DNA of 64,000 nucleotides from Malassezia furfur. Its lineage: Eukaryota. The notes under the pieces were generated by a model that made no database searches, was not told the origin of the DNA, and was given only the letters and a program-made list of their open reading frames with translations. A program made the translations under genes and the position numbers. Location of the stretch: the NCBI GenBank assembly GCA_052055015.1, contig JBQJIT010000013.1; one strand, written 5' to 3'. The stretch's first letter is position 1, and the number at the start of each line of letters is the position of its first letter. Below are positions 1 to 11,000 of this stretch, one piece after another.

Positions 1-60
<60 letters not shown>

Positions 61-72
61 CAACAACAACAG
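1..72 (+). repeat. (CAG)17(CAA)6CAG trinucleotide repeat encoding at least 24 Gln, cut by the window edge
   Basis: Read directly from the sequence. Confidence 0.97.
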
Positions 73-1293
73 CACCTGCAACAGCTGGCGGCGCAACAGG
101 CACAGGCGAAGCAAGCCAGCGTGCCGCACTCGTCTCCGGAAAAGAACCAACGTACCCGTGTTAACGTCACTCCCAAGATGCTGGAGGACGCTGAGACGGT
201 GCTGAAGCGCATCGATGCGAGCTTGGCTACGTCGCGGCCCAAACTGCCCGTGATCGAAAACATGCCCGAGTCGGAGCGTACGCAGGTTCTGGACCAGATT
301 CAGAAACTTGTCTCGCTCAAGGCGACGGTGCTGGCGCTTCTGCCGGCATTCTTGGCAATGACGGGGACAATTGAGCCGGCGAAGCGCGTCAAGATCATGA
401 TCTGCATGTTTGACGACCAACTGGCACTCGTGCCCAAGCGCCAGTGCATCCTGCGGGCGAGCGATTTGGAGAAGCTCAAGACGCAAATGACGCGGTGCAT
501 TGGCTTTGTCCGTGTGAACGATGACCGGCTTGCGCAGCAGATTGTGGCCAAGGCATCGCAGTCCATGGCGCGGAAAGCCACGCGACAGAAGCAGGAGGAC
601 ACGCGCGCACCGCCGGCGGAGCAGCCTGCGAAGCGTGCCCGGCATGCCGACACCACTGACGACTTTGAGATTGTGGCAACGCGGTCGCCGAAAGCCGACG
701 CCGAGACCGCCCGGAGCGGGCCTCGAACACGGAGTGTGCGCACTCGCGCGAGCGGTGTGTCGCCCACGACCCCCGCGGACCCTACCGAGGCGTCTACGCC
801 CGGCACCAAGTCGGACAAGTCGGCCGCCATGCCGGATACCGCGGAGCTGTTTGCAGCGGCAATCAAACAGGCAGAGGACACGGTGAACCAGGAACAGACC
901 AGGTATGCTGAGCTGGCCATGAGCTCGCCCATCGACTTTGTCAAGAAGACATGGAACGAGCTCGTGGCCACGGGCCAGCAGGTGGACAAGTCCAAGCCCA
1001 TGACCCGGCTCAAGAGTCCGTCGCACGCGCAGCTCGACGACCTCTCGGTGCTGAGCGAGCGCAACACGAAGCAGTACCTGTTTGCACTGATCAACGCACC
1101 GTACAGCGTGGGCGGCGACTTTCAGGACATGCTTGCGCTGGGCGCACCGGATCAAGACGCTTCGTTCGAGCCCAAGCCGTCACGCCATGGGCTCGACGAG
1201 GACGCCGACTTCCACGCGGGCCGCTGGAGCGTGAAAATCCGCGACTGGACATGGGGCAGCGGCGCAGATACAGGGCTTCTTACCGAGTCGTAA
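1..1293 (+). CDS. 5'-truncated poly-Q protein, probably Mediator subunit Med15/Gal11-like
   Basis: Frame is open from base 1 through the poly-Q tract into ORF 121-1293. The helical segment 'ERTQVLDQIQKL...LLPAFLAMTG...KIMICMFDDQL...LEKLKTQM' resembles the fungal Gal11 coactivator region. Confidence 0.5.
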
Positions 1294-1712
1294 ATAGACT
1301 ATTTGGTTATCACATGGATTTCCTGAGGATCCGCGTCTGACCAGGGACCGCCCCCATCAAGCGGTGGGTAGCGTCCGTGCACGGTCTTGTCCGCCTGTGC
1401 CTAGCGCGTTTCCGCGCTGGTTCAATTTTAGGCAACGCAAAGTCCGCGCTTCGCACATCGCTGATTGGTGGAAATTCTCCTATGACCGCGCTCGAATTGT
1501 TCGTTTCCCAGATCCAGCCCACAATTTCATTTCGCACGGACGTGCCACTCGATGCCAACGTGTTCGCAATCTGGGATGGCCATTCATTGGCAGTGGTTCC
1601 TCCTGACCTGGCATCGAACTCTGGGGAGAGAGAGGGAGTCTGCGCCACCAGCACCGTCGAGAATGAACGTATATATATCTAGCACTTAGGTGGATAATCC
1701 GCAGAGTCCATC

Positions 1713-3257
1713 ATGTCCAACCCTCGCGTCCGTACACAGGAAGAGTCTCCCTCCTATGTCGAGACCATCCTGGCTCGCGAAAAGCCCTTGCCGCCAATTC
1801 AATGGCGCAACATTTTTTCGGAAATCCAATGGATCTCGTTCCTGGCTCTTACGATCCCTCCGCTGCTCGCCGTTTATGCCTTTCTCTACGTGCCGCTCCA
1901 GTACTCTACACTGGCCTGGGCCCTGACCTACTACTTCCTGACGGGCCTTGGCATCACGGCGGGGTACCACCGTCTCTGGTCCCACCGATCCTACACAGCA
2001 TCGGATCCGCTTCAAGCTTTCTTGATGTGCATGGGCTCGGGCGCTGTGGAAGGCTCCATCCTATGGTGGTCTCGTGGCCACCGCTCGCACCACCGCTACA
2101 CTGATACGGATCTCGACCCGTATGGTGCACACACCGGCCTAGTTTGGGCTCATATTGGCTGGATGATCGTCAAGCCGCGTCGCAAGCCCGGCCCTGTCGA
2201 CACCGGGGACTTGAAGAAGAACAAGTTTGTGCAGTTCCAGCAACGACACTATGTCCCCATGATCCTCTTCTGGGGCTTGATCTTCCCAACACTCGTGGCC
2301 GGTCTTGGATGGGGTGATTGGAAGGGCGGCTTTTTCTTTGCGGGTATTGCTCGACTCGTGCTTGTCCACCACTCCACGTTCTGCATCAATTCACTCGCAC
2401 ACTATCTTGGCGAAGCTTCGTTCGATGCCAAACATTCGCCTCGGGACAACATCATCACCGCTTTTGCGACCTTTGGGGAGGGCTACCACAATTTCCACCA
2501 CGAATTCCCCATGGACTTCCGCAACGCGATCAAGTGGTACCAGTACGACCCCACCAAATGGTTTATTTGGAGCATGAGCAAACTGGGCCTTGCCTCCAAC
2601 CTCAAGATCTTCCCGGACAATGAGGTCAAGAAAGGAAGACTGGCCATGAAGTTGCAGAAATTGCGGGCAGATGAAGAGAAGCTTGCCTTTTCCAAAGCAC
2701 CCAAGGATCTCCCCGTACTCAGCTGGGACGATTTTGTGGCTGAATCGAAGACGCGTCCTCTGATCGTCATTCACGGATTTATCCATGATGTCTCTGACCT
2801 CATGGATAGCCATCCCGGCGGCCGTGCTCTGCTTGCTTCACGCATTGGGAAGGATGCGACGGTGGCATTTGAAGGAGGTATCTACGAGCACTCCAATGCT
2901 GCCCACAATATGTTGTCGATGATGCGTGTAGGTGTTCTGTCCGGCGGCTATGCTCCTCCCAAGGTATGGCCCATGATGAGTGCGAATACGTCACAAGACA
3001 CTTCAAGCTCGATGCCAGAAATGACGACCGCATCGTCTTCTAGCGAGAGTGACACGGGTGAGCTGGAATCGCCGCACCTCGTTCACCTTTCCACCATTGA
3101 CGTCCCTACGTACGAAAAGTCTTCCCCGGAGCAGAAAGACGTGTGCCGGGACGCATTGACCTACATTGCTCCAGGAGAAGCGTATCATATCGAGAAACGC
3201 CGCGAGCTTGGGACTAACATCAAGTTGAACAACACCAAATTTGGCAAGCTCTTCTGA
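1713..3257 (+). CDS. OLE1: Delta-9 acyl-CoA desaturase with fused cytochrome b5 domain
   Basis: His boxes GYHRLWSH, HRSHH, GEGYHNFHHEFP; YDPTKW; b5 HPGG motif. Confidence 0.96.
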   Translation: MSNPRVRTQEESPSYVETILAREKPLPPIQWRNIFSEIQWISFLALTIPPLLAVYAFLYVPLQYSTLAWALTYYFLTGLGITAGYHRLWSHRSYTASDPLQAFLMCMGSGAVEGSILWWSRGHRSHHRYTDTDLDPYGAHTGLVWAHIGWMIVKPRRKPGPVDTGDLKKNKFVQFQQRHYVPMILFWGLIFPTLVAGLGWGDWKGGFFFAGIARLVLVHHSTFCINSLAHYLGEASFDAKHSPRDNIITAFATFGEGYHNFHHEFPMDFRNAIKWYQYDPTKWFIWSMSKLGLASNLKIFPDNEVKKGRLAMKLQKLRADEEKLAFSKAPKDLPVLSWDDFVAESKTRPLIVIHGFIHDVSDLMDSHPGGRALLASRIGKDATVAFEGGIYEHSNAAHNMLSMMRVGVLSGGYAPPKVWPMMSANTSQDTSSSMPEMTTASSSSESDTGELESPHLVHLSTIDVPTYEKSSPEQKDVCRDALTYIAPGEAYHIEKRRELGTNIKLNNTKFGKLF

Positions 3258-3471
3258 ACGAAGCAATGTGAGCGTTACGACATAGAGTTATTAATTGCCA
3301 TTCCATGGAAACAAATGTATTTTGACATCCTCTCCCCATCATTCGTCGCCCGGCGATCATTACGTGTCGTCTGCGCTCTCTTTCACAATCTCGGGCCCCT
3401 GCGTGCCCTTCATGGTATGCCTAGGTTGAGCATGGGCCACCTGGCTACAGACCTCCACTCGATCCTGCTCC

Positions 3472-3977
3472 ATGTACGCCTGGCTGAAGGGTGAAACGGC
3501 GCGGGCGCTGATCCCGCAATTTTTGATGTTGTCGGTGGTCAGCTCCGTCGCTCTGAATACAACTCTCATGATCCGTGAGCGAGAGCTTGCAGCACGGTCG
3601 TTCCGGCTGCAGCGCGAGGTACTGCAGAACCTACGCGAGCAGCTTCGGATGAACCGCTCGGCAACCTTGGCGCGCTCCCCCGAGATTTGCCGGCAACTGG
3701 TCAAGGTGGGCCTGAAGCCGACGGACTACGGTCTGGACAGCGAAGACTCTGCGCATGCCGAAGCGGATGTGGTGCCATTCCATCGCGACCTTTCTTGGTT
3801 CGACGTATTCTTCTCGCGCAGAAAGGTGGATCAACAATACAACCCGAAGTCGACGCTGTCGTCCGAGACGGATTGGGAAAAAGGTATGTTTCTATGTGCA
3901 CGGCTAATGGAGCAGAGCTCGCCAACCTGATTGAGGAGCTGGAGCAAGAGTGCGAGCTGGACGACGTCAGCACGTAG
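3472..3977 (+). CDS. Small hypothetical membrane protein, 2 exons (32-nt intron 3884-3915)
   Basis: N-terminal hydrophobic helix. GTATGT...GCTAAT...CAG intron joins ORF 3472 to ELANLIEELEQ...ST*. Confidence 0.65.
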
Positions 3978-4084
3978 GGATCTGCTTGGACGTCGGCCCT
4001 ACGCATCCAGGGCGATGCGTCTGCAGCGCAGCAGTCTGTGCATTTGTAGGCCGGCATCGTGTATAGTACAAGTGTGCATCGTAT

Positions 4085-4309
4085 TCAAGCGGAGTCGAGT
4101 CCGTTGCGCAGGTTAATCAGTTGGCTCAGGAGCACCCCGCCCGAGTTGGCAACTTCGGCCACATCGGGGTTGCCCGTGGGGTCCGCACCACAGCGGAGCT
4201 TGTATTCGGCCATGAAGGCATCGATACGTGCCTTGGCGTCCTCGGTTGAGACGTCCTCGGGCTTGCTCGACGTTGATAGACGCAACAGTGGCTGCAACAG
4301 TGGGTCCAT
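4085..4309 (-). CDS. 74-aa protein resembling RNA polymerase I subunit A14 (Rpa14/Ker1)
   Basis: MDPLLQPLLRL...VSTEDAKARIDAFM...VLLSQLINLRNGL has the two-helix pattern of A14; divergent from ERG9. Confidence 0.5.
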   Translation of the reverse strand: MDPLLQPLLRLSTSSKPEDVSTEDAKARIDAFMAEYKLRCGADPTGNPDVAEVANSGGVLLSQLINLRNGLDSA

Positions 4310-4460
4310 CTTGATTGGAACAAGCGGCCCCCTCCGCTGAGAAGATTTGCGACTTTGCGTGGCCGCCCAGCGTTTTGCTCCAATCACGTGCGCGCAAACG
4401 CTGGTGCAAAATGGCGCCGAACGCGTGCGGTGCGCCCTCTCGTACAAGCGTCGTTCCAGC

Positions 4461-6137
4461 ATGGGTGCCGCCGATTTGCTGCTGACGGCGATTACCCATC
4501 CGAAGGAATTTCGTGCCCTGGTTACGTACAAGGTATGGCGCGACCCTGTGCACGACTTCAAGCGGAATCCGGCCGCCAGCGGCTGGGACCGTGAGCGCAT
4601 GCGGGAATGCTGGAAATTCCTCGACATGACGAGCCGCAGCTTTGCGGCGGTGATCAAGGAGCTCAAGGGCGAGCTGAGCCGCGTCATTTGTATTTTTTAC
4701 CTAGTTCTTCGTGGTCTGGACACCATTGAGGACGACATGACCCTCGACCCCAAGGTCAAGGTGCCGCTCCTCGTCGACTTCCACAAGAAGCTCCAGGAGC
4801 CCGGCTGGACGTTTAGTGGCAGTGGTCCCAATGAGAAGGACCGCCAGCTTCTTGTCGAGTTCGACAAAGTCATTGCCGAGTACGAGTTGCTGAACGACGG
4901 CTGCCGCTACGTCATCGCCGACATTTGCGCGCGCATGGGCGCCGGCATGGCGTCCTACATCGAGTTGGGCGACTCACCGCAGGGCCTTACCATGGAGACG
5001 TATGGCGACTACGACCTGTACTGCCACATTGTTGCGGGCCTGGTCGGTGAGGGTCTCTCAGGCCTCTTTGCCGAGACGCACATCGAGCGTCCCGAGATTG
5101 GCATGCAGCTCACGCTGTCGAACCACATGGGTCTCTTCCTGCAAAAGACCAACATCATCCGCGACTATGCTGAGGACGTCGCCGAAGGCCGCTCGTTCTG
5201 GCCCAAGCAGTGCTGGGGTGCAAACGGCGTGTTTGCGCGCCAGGCCGACATTCAGCGCGGCGTCGTCGAGACGCGGCCAGGGTCCGGCAAGTGGAAGTGG
5301 GCCGACAATGCGGACGGTCGTGAGGCCCGTCGCATTCTGTCCGAGATGCTGCTCGACGCAGTGAACCACGCGACGAACTCGCTCGAGTACATGATTCTGC
5401 TGCGTGACCAGAGTGTGTTCAACTTTTGCGCGACGCCGCAGGTGATGGCCATTGCGACGCTGGCGCTCATGTTTGACAACCCCAACGTTTTGAAGAAGAA
5501 CGTCAAAATCCGCAAGTCGCTCGCTGTGCGCCTGATCCTCTTCGCGATCAACCCTCGCGACGTGGCCTTCATCTTCCGTGACTATGCGCGCGACATTCAC
5601 CGCCGCCTGTTTGTGCAGGACCCCAACTACATCCGCTGGTCTGTCGAGGTGGGCCGCATCGAGGCATGGTGCGAGAGCCGCTTCCCGTCGTATGTGATGA
5701 CCGCCGCGAAAAAGAACAAGGGCGACATTCGCTCCCATATGTTTGAGCGCTGGGTGCTCGATAACGAGCGCGCCGTTCGCAACGTGCGTCTTGCGCGCGG
5801 TGAAAAGGTGCTGCAGCCCACGGCCGCCGATACGCTGCTCAAGAACCGCGCGGAGAACAACCGCATGGTGCTGATCACGTTCCTAATGATTGTTGGCATC
5901 ACGGCCCTCATGGCACTGGTCGCGCTCGTTTGCTGGCTCGCCGTATGGTACTACCTTGAAGACGAGACGGACCCGCTCACGCTGCTCTTCTACCACTCGT
6001 GGAAGTTTGGTCAGCAAGCGTGGCGCGACGGCGAGTTTGGGCTACACCCGATCGAAAACCTCTGGGTAATGAAGAGCATCGTGGCCAAGGCCGGCACGGC
6101 CGTGTCGCATCGGATGGAACAAGCGTGGGGCAACTAG
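4461..6137 (+). CDS. ERG9: Squalene synthase
   Basis: TSRSFAAVI, LRGLDTIEDD, YCHIVAGLVGEGL, MGLFLQKTNIIRDY, FCATPQVMAIATL, C-terminal TM. Confidence 0.97.
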   Translation: MGAADLLLTAITHPKEFRALVTYKVWRDPVHDFKRNPAASGWDRERMRECWKFLDMTSRSFAAVIKELKGELSRVICIFYLVLRGLDTIEDDMTLDPKVKVPLLVDFHKKLQEPGWTFSGSGPNEKDRQLLVEFDKVIAEYELLNDGCRYVIADICARMGAGMASYIELGDSPQGLTMETYGDYDLYCHIVAGLVGEGLSGLFAETHIERPEIGMQLTLSNHMGLFLQKTNIIRDYAEDVAEGRSFWPKQCWGANGVFARQADIQRGVVETRPGSGKWKWADNADGREARRILSEMLLDAVNHATNSLEYMILLRDQSVFNFCATPQVMAIATLALMFDNPNVLKKNVKIRKSLAVRLILFAINPRDVAFIFRDYARDIHRRLFVQDPNYIRWSVEVGRIEAWCESRFPSYVMTAAKKNKGDIRSHMFERWVLDNERAVRNVRLARGEKVLQPTAADTLLKNRAENNRMVLITFLMIVGITALMALVALVCWLAVWYYLEDETDPLTLLFYHSWKFGQQAWRDGEFGLHPIENLWVMKSIVAKAGTAVSHRMEQAWGN

Positions 6138-6138
6138 T

Positions 6139-8004
6139 CTACTTCGTAGCGCCTTCCTGGGTCTCTTCCGTGTCATGCGCAGCCTGCTGCTGCTTGAGCT
6201 TCTGCCGCTCCTTTTTGCCCAGGCGCTTCTTCTTGGGCGGCTCAGCGGGTTCCGCGCCTCCTTCCTCGTCCCACTTGGCCTGAATTTGCTCACGGAAGCG
6301 CTTCAGCTTCTTGTTTAGGTTGGCCGGCTTGCCCCCGCCACGGCGGTAGGGCTGCAGGTGCTTCAAGCCAACCACCTGGTTCAGCTCTGCGTCGTCCGCG
6401 AGGAGGATCTCGACGGCGCTCATGCCAAAGTTCTCCTTGGGCACCTTGGCATACTTGAAACGCGTGGGCGTATCGCCAATAATGTCCTCGTAGCCCAAGT
6501 TGTAGTACTCGTCCATCAGCTCACGCGCCTTGGCCTTGCGGTCCTGCTCGCTCTCAGGATCAACAGTACGCTCGGCATCCATCTCGTCCACATCCACGCC
6601 CTGGTCGGCTTCGGCACGCTCGGCCTTGCTCCGTGCCTTCTTTTCCTGCTTCTTGAGCCGCTTACGTTCCTTCTTGGACAGTTTCGCATCCGATTGACCC
6701 TCGATAAAGTCGGCGTCCATCACGTCGGCGTCGCCCGTGTCGTCCTTCTTGCTCTTCTTCTTCTTCTTCTTCGGCAGCTCCTCATCCTCGTTCTCCTCGA
6801 GGATCTCTTGGAGCTCATCGTCTTCATCCCAGTGCGGCTTTTCGCCATCCTTCACGTCGTAATACGCGTCACCGAACTGCTTCTGCATCAGCCGGTCGTG
6901 CTCGTCCGGATCAAAGTCGGCCTCGAGGTCGATGTCATTGAATGCACCGTCGTCCATCTGGTTATCTCCGCCCGCCACTTCACGCAGCTGCTTGAGCTTG
7001 TCGGCGATTGACTTGCGCTTCTCCGCCTTGGCTCGATCCAACTTGCGCTTCTTCTCCTCTTTTTCGCGCTGCTTGCGCTCGGCACGCTCCTGACGTGCAA
7101 TCTTGCGCCGGTCGTCAGTGCGGCGTGCCGAGTCGGTCGCATGCCGGGGGAAACTCTGGATCGCAAAGTTTTGCTGCGCCAGCGACGGGTCTTCAAAGCG
7201 GAAGTTGTATGCATGCTCGAACGCATCCGCTGCCGAGTCAAACGACGCCTCCGACTCGAGCTCGGCGGCCTCTGCGTCCCAATCACGGCCGTCCTTGCCA
7301 GCATTGGGCGTTTCTTTGTCGACCCACCCACGGTTCAGCACATAGTTCAAAAGGAAGTCCTCGTTTTCCTTCGACAGGCCGCCCTCCTCTTGCTTCGGCT
7401 CGGTGTCGCGCAGCAATTCGCGCACCTTGCCTTCGTCGCCGCCGTCCAGGGCGCCGATGAGCGCAGTGCGGTAGGTATCTTGAGGAGCGTCATCGTCGCG
7501 GCGGACATGGAACAGGTCTTCTCCATCGTCATCATCCGGCACCGCCGTGAGAAACTCATTCCGGATTGACTCCTGTTCTTCGTCGTGAGTCGGCGCCGGC
7601 GCCACGTCCTTGGTGCGCTGCTTCGTCGTCGCCTCAGCAAACGCCCGCGCGGGATCCGCTTCAGTGTCCATGGCCTCTTGGAGACGCTGGCGCTGGTAGT
7701 CCTGCAGTGTCATCTTTTTGGAGGCATGACGCGGAGTATCCGGCAGCGCGAGCTTGGATGCCTGCTCCCGCTCTAGATCAAAGACGCGGCGCTCCGCGTT
7801 GTACACCTCTGGGTCCTTGCTCCGGATTTTCTGCAGGGTGCGCAGAATGGCCGCATCGACCTGCGGCGTCAGCTGCTCGCCCTCTTCATCCTCAGTCGCA
7901 TCCGAATCGGTCTCAGACACATCACTCTCCTCGCTCTGGGCTTCAGCTTCTTGCTCGGCGCGGCGCTTGAGCTCGCGGTACCGCTCCGCGTACGAGCCTT
8001 CCAT
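6139..8004 (-). CDS. KRI1: Kri1, KRR1-interacting 40S biogenesis factor
   Basis: FEHAYNFRFED, EDIIGDTPTRFKY, FGMSAVEILLADDAELNQVVGLKHLQPYR. Confidence 0.94.
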   Translation of the reverse strand: MEGSYAERYRELKRRAEQEAEAQSEESDVSETDSDATEDEEGEQLTPQVDAAILRTLQKIRSKDPEVYNAERRVFDLEREQASKLALPDTPRHASKKMTLQDYQRQRLQEAMDTEADPARAFAEATTKQRTKDVAPAPTHDEEQESIRNEFLTAVPDDDDGEDLFHVRRDDDAPQDTYRTALIGALDGGDEGKVRELLRDTEPKQEEGGLSKENEDFLLNYVLNRGWVDKETPNAGKDGRDWDAEAAELESEASFDSAADAFEHAYNFRFEDPSLAQQNFAIQSFPRHATDSARRTDDRRKIARQERAERKQREKEEKKRKLDRAKAEKRKSIADKLKQLREVAGGDNQMDDGAFNDIDLEADFDPDEHDRLMQKQFGDAYYDVKDGEKPHWDEDDELQEILEENEDEELPKKKKKKSKKDDTGDADVMDADFIEGQSDAKLSKKERKRLKKQEKKARSKAERAEADQGVDVDEMDAERTVDPESEQDRKAKARELMDEYYNLGYEDIIGDTPTRFKYAKVPKENFGMSAVEILLADDAELNQVVGLKHLQPYRRGGGKPANLNKKLKRFREQIQAKWDEEGGAEPAEPPKKKRLGKKERQKLKQQQAAHDTEETQEGATK

Positions 8005-8074
8005 GACGGCAAACCGTGCGCCAGAATGCATCGGCCGAGGAAAAAAAAAGTTGGCACTCCACTCTTCGGCGACG
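8005..8074. promoter_or_regulatory. 70-bp bidirectional promoter KRI1/UTP20 with an A9 tract
   Basis: Divergent ATGs at 8004 and 8075; GAAAAAAAAAGTT at 8040-8052. Confidence 0.6.
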
Positions 8075-11000
8075 ATGAGCGAAGCGGGGCGCTTCAAGTA
8101 TGTATCGTTTCACGAGCGCCTCCGGGACGTCTCAATCGACCTCTCGCGCGAGAGTGAGTCGAGTTGGGGCGCCTCTCGTCTGCTAGTAGCTGGCCTGGAT
8201 GCGCCAGCGAGTGCTTTTGCCGCTGCCACCAGCGCGAAAAATGTCGCCGAGACCACCGATCCGAATAGTACCGCATTCGGTGTCGCGCTGCGCGAATGGA
8301 GCGAGCTCAATTTGAGCCTCCCATTCCAACACTTTTATTCTGGGGCCTCTTCTATGTCGCAGTCGCTTGTGCTGCTTTTACACCACCGCGACGAACTTGC
8401 CGACTTATTAGACCGCTTCCTAACCCTGGACGACCAAAACTGGCTCGCATGGGACGCGTTCTTGGACCTCATTCCCCGCCTTGCATTCGACTTAGGTCCT
8501 GAGTTCCTGCCTATATACCCGCGCCTGCTCACGGCGCTTCTGCGCGCGTCATCGCTGATGGACAAGAATGTTACCAAGAACGATGAGGCAACGGCTGCGC
8601 GGCTCGTCGAGCGCGCCTTTCACAGTGCCGCGTGGCTCTTTCGTGCGGTCACAACGCTAATGCTTCGCGCAACCGACGCCACCTTACTGCTCAAAAGCTG
8701 GGCAATCATTCGGCGGTTCTTGGATCCTCGTGAGGGGCGCACCAAGGCGCATACACGGCGCTTTGCGACCGAGGCATTTGCGCATCTGGTCCGCAAGGTG
8801 CCAGTGCCTAAGCTGAAAGTGCTGGTGGCACAAATGCTACACGACGCTGACAGTCCAGCGCTGGAAAATGGTGTCGCAGCAACACTGGCGTACAGTTGCT
8901 CGTCGGCAGCGCACGCGCTGCACTCGCGCACGCCCCAGCTCCTCGAGGCGTTTTTGCTGCATGGCACGTTTCCGGACCGCACGCAGCGCATCGGCTGTGA
9001 GGCTTTTACTGCGCTCGTGCACCACACCAAGGCGCCGCAGATGCAAAAGGCGCTCGAGGTGCTTCTCGGCTGGACGTCGGCGCGTGTCGACGCGCTGGAT
9101 GATGTGGCCGAGACGCGCGATGCACTGCAAGTGACGCTCATTTGGCTCACGTATGCCGTCGGGACGCGCAAAGGCACACGCGTCGACGACGCCGTCAAGG
9201 CACCACTGTTTGCGCTCCTTCGTCGGCTGGATGAACGCCTCGTGTGGACGCGCGAAACGGCGAGCTTACTTGAGACGTACTGTACGCTCTTGGCCCTTGT
9301 TCTCCCGCTCGGCCGTGTGCAAGACTCAGCAGGGGCGGGTACCGACATTTTGCGGCGGTTTGCCCACCGGTTGACGTCCAACTTTGATGTCACGTTTCCT
9401 GCCTTCCAGGGTCTGGTGCTTGCCGAGACGCACTGGAGTGGTTTTCGTGCATTTGTGCTGCCCGCGGCACTTGAGGCGACGGCCGCGTTGCTCGGTGGTC
9501 CACGTGCCGAGCAGGACGCGGCGTTGCTGCTCCTTGCCGAACTCGACGAGCAAGGCCATTTGGCGCACCTGCAGACCGCGCCGCCCACAAGCACGGTGCT
9601 GCGCTGGATGCGGCAGGCACGGAGCGTGATTGATGCGCGCCTTTCTCCGATTGCCGAGGTGGATGCAGGGTTGTTGGCCGCCGTGCGCCTGGCGCCGCTC
9701 TTTTCCACCCATGCTCAGGCGCATGTCGAGGCACTTGTGCGCGCCATTGATCAGCGCAAGCACGCTACCGATGCCGAAGAGATTGCGGTGCTTGGTGCAC
9801 TGCTCACCGGTGTTATCCGCATCGCCGAGGCCGGCGACGTGCGCGGCGCGCTCGCCCCGCTGTTTGACGGGCAGCCCAGCGCCGTCGCGCAGCTGATGGA
9901 GGTGGAGGCACGCTCCGTTGCGGCGCCGCTCGCGGCCCTCTTCGTGCACGGTGCGGCGCACGGTTGGGCGCTGCCGCGTGCCGCCGAGGCGCTTGCGGTG
10001 CTGCGTCCTCGTCTGCTCGCGGCCGACCGCGTGCTCGTCCAGTCTGCCTTGCGTATGCTGGCGGAGGTGCACGCCGCTGCGCCCTTCAATGTCTTCTCGC
10101 ATCTGCTCGCCACCGAGGAGCTTCCGCTCGACGTGGCCAACGTCACGACACGCAACGTCAAGCTGCGGCAGACGCAGCGCGAGGCGTTCAAGGCGCTGCG
10201 TGGCAACGATACCCAGCTCCAGGCGCTCATCACTTACACGGTGGGCACACTCAAGCTCAACCTCAAGCCGATCTGGAAGGAGAGCCGCGCCACGCTCGTG
10301 GCACTCGCGGCACGGCTGCCAAACGAGGTATGGGACGTGTCGTTCTCAGAGCTGCATGCGACGGATGCCGAAATTGACGCGGCGTATGCCGCTCAGGCGA
10401 GCACTGCCGAGGCCGAGGCCCAAGCAGACGCGGACGCAGACGCAGAAGTGGGCGAAGACGAGGAGGAGGCGGACGAAGAGGCGGAGGGCGCCGATGGTGC
10501 CCTCAGTATCGACTCTGCCGAGCCTTTTGATGCGCCGCTCGATCCCACGCTCGACGACCCCCAGCTGCGTACACGCCTGGCGTCGCTGCGCGATGCGCTG
10601 TCGCTCATGCATCCTACCGACGCTGCACAGCACGCCATGGAGGCGCTTCTGCGTGCGCCGGAGGTGCGGTTCGAGGCGCGGCACTACGCCGACCAGCTTC
10701 TGCAAGTCTACGAAGGGCATATTGTGCTAGTCGAAAAGCATGCGACGCCGTTCGTCGAGCATGTGCTGGCGCAGTGGCCGCGTCTTGTTGCCGACGTGGG
10801 TCATGCACCGCTCAAGCACCGCCTCGCACGTCTCGAGCGGCTGCTCGGCGTGTTTGGCGAGGTACGTACCATGCCCTCGCTGCATGCCTCCAACACGCTG
10901 TGGACGCACTTTGTCGCGCTGTGTGCGCATCCAGAGCTGCCCATCCAGCGTGGGGCGCTCACCTGCCTGCTGGCCTGGAAGCACGCGTGGCTCGAGCATC

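Noticed and set aside
7754..8074. N-terminal extensions in the ORF track that make divergent genes overlap (UTP20, KRI1, SEL1, BTS1, SMC3, pinin, TAF10, CCDC174)
   Set aside because: They arise from non-ATG or upstream starts running antisense into the neighbour. Homology begins at the downstream ATG.
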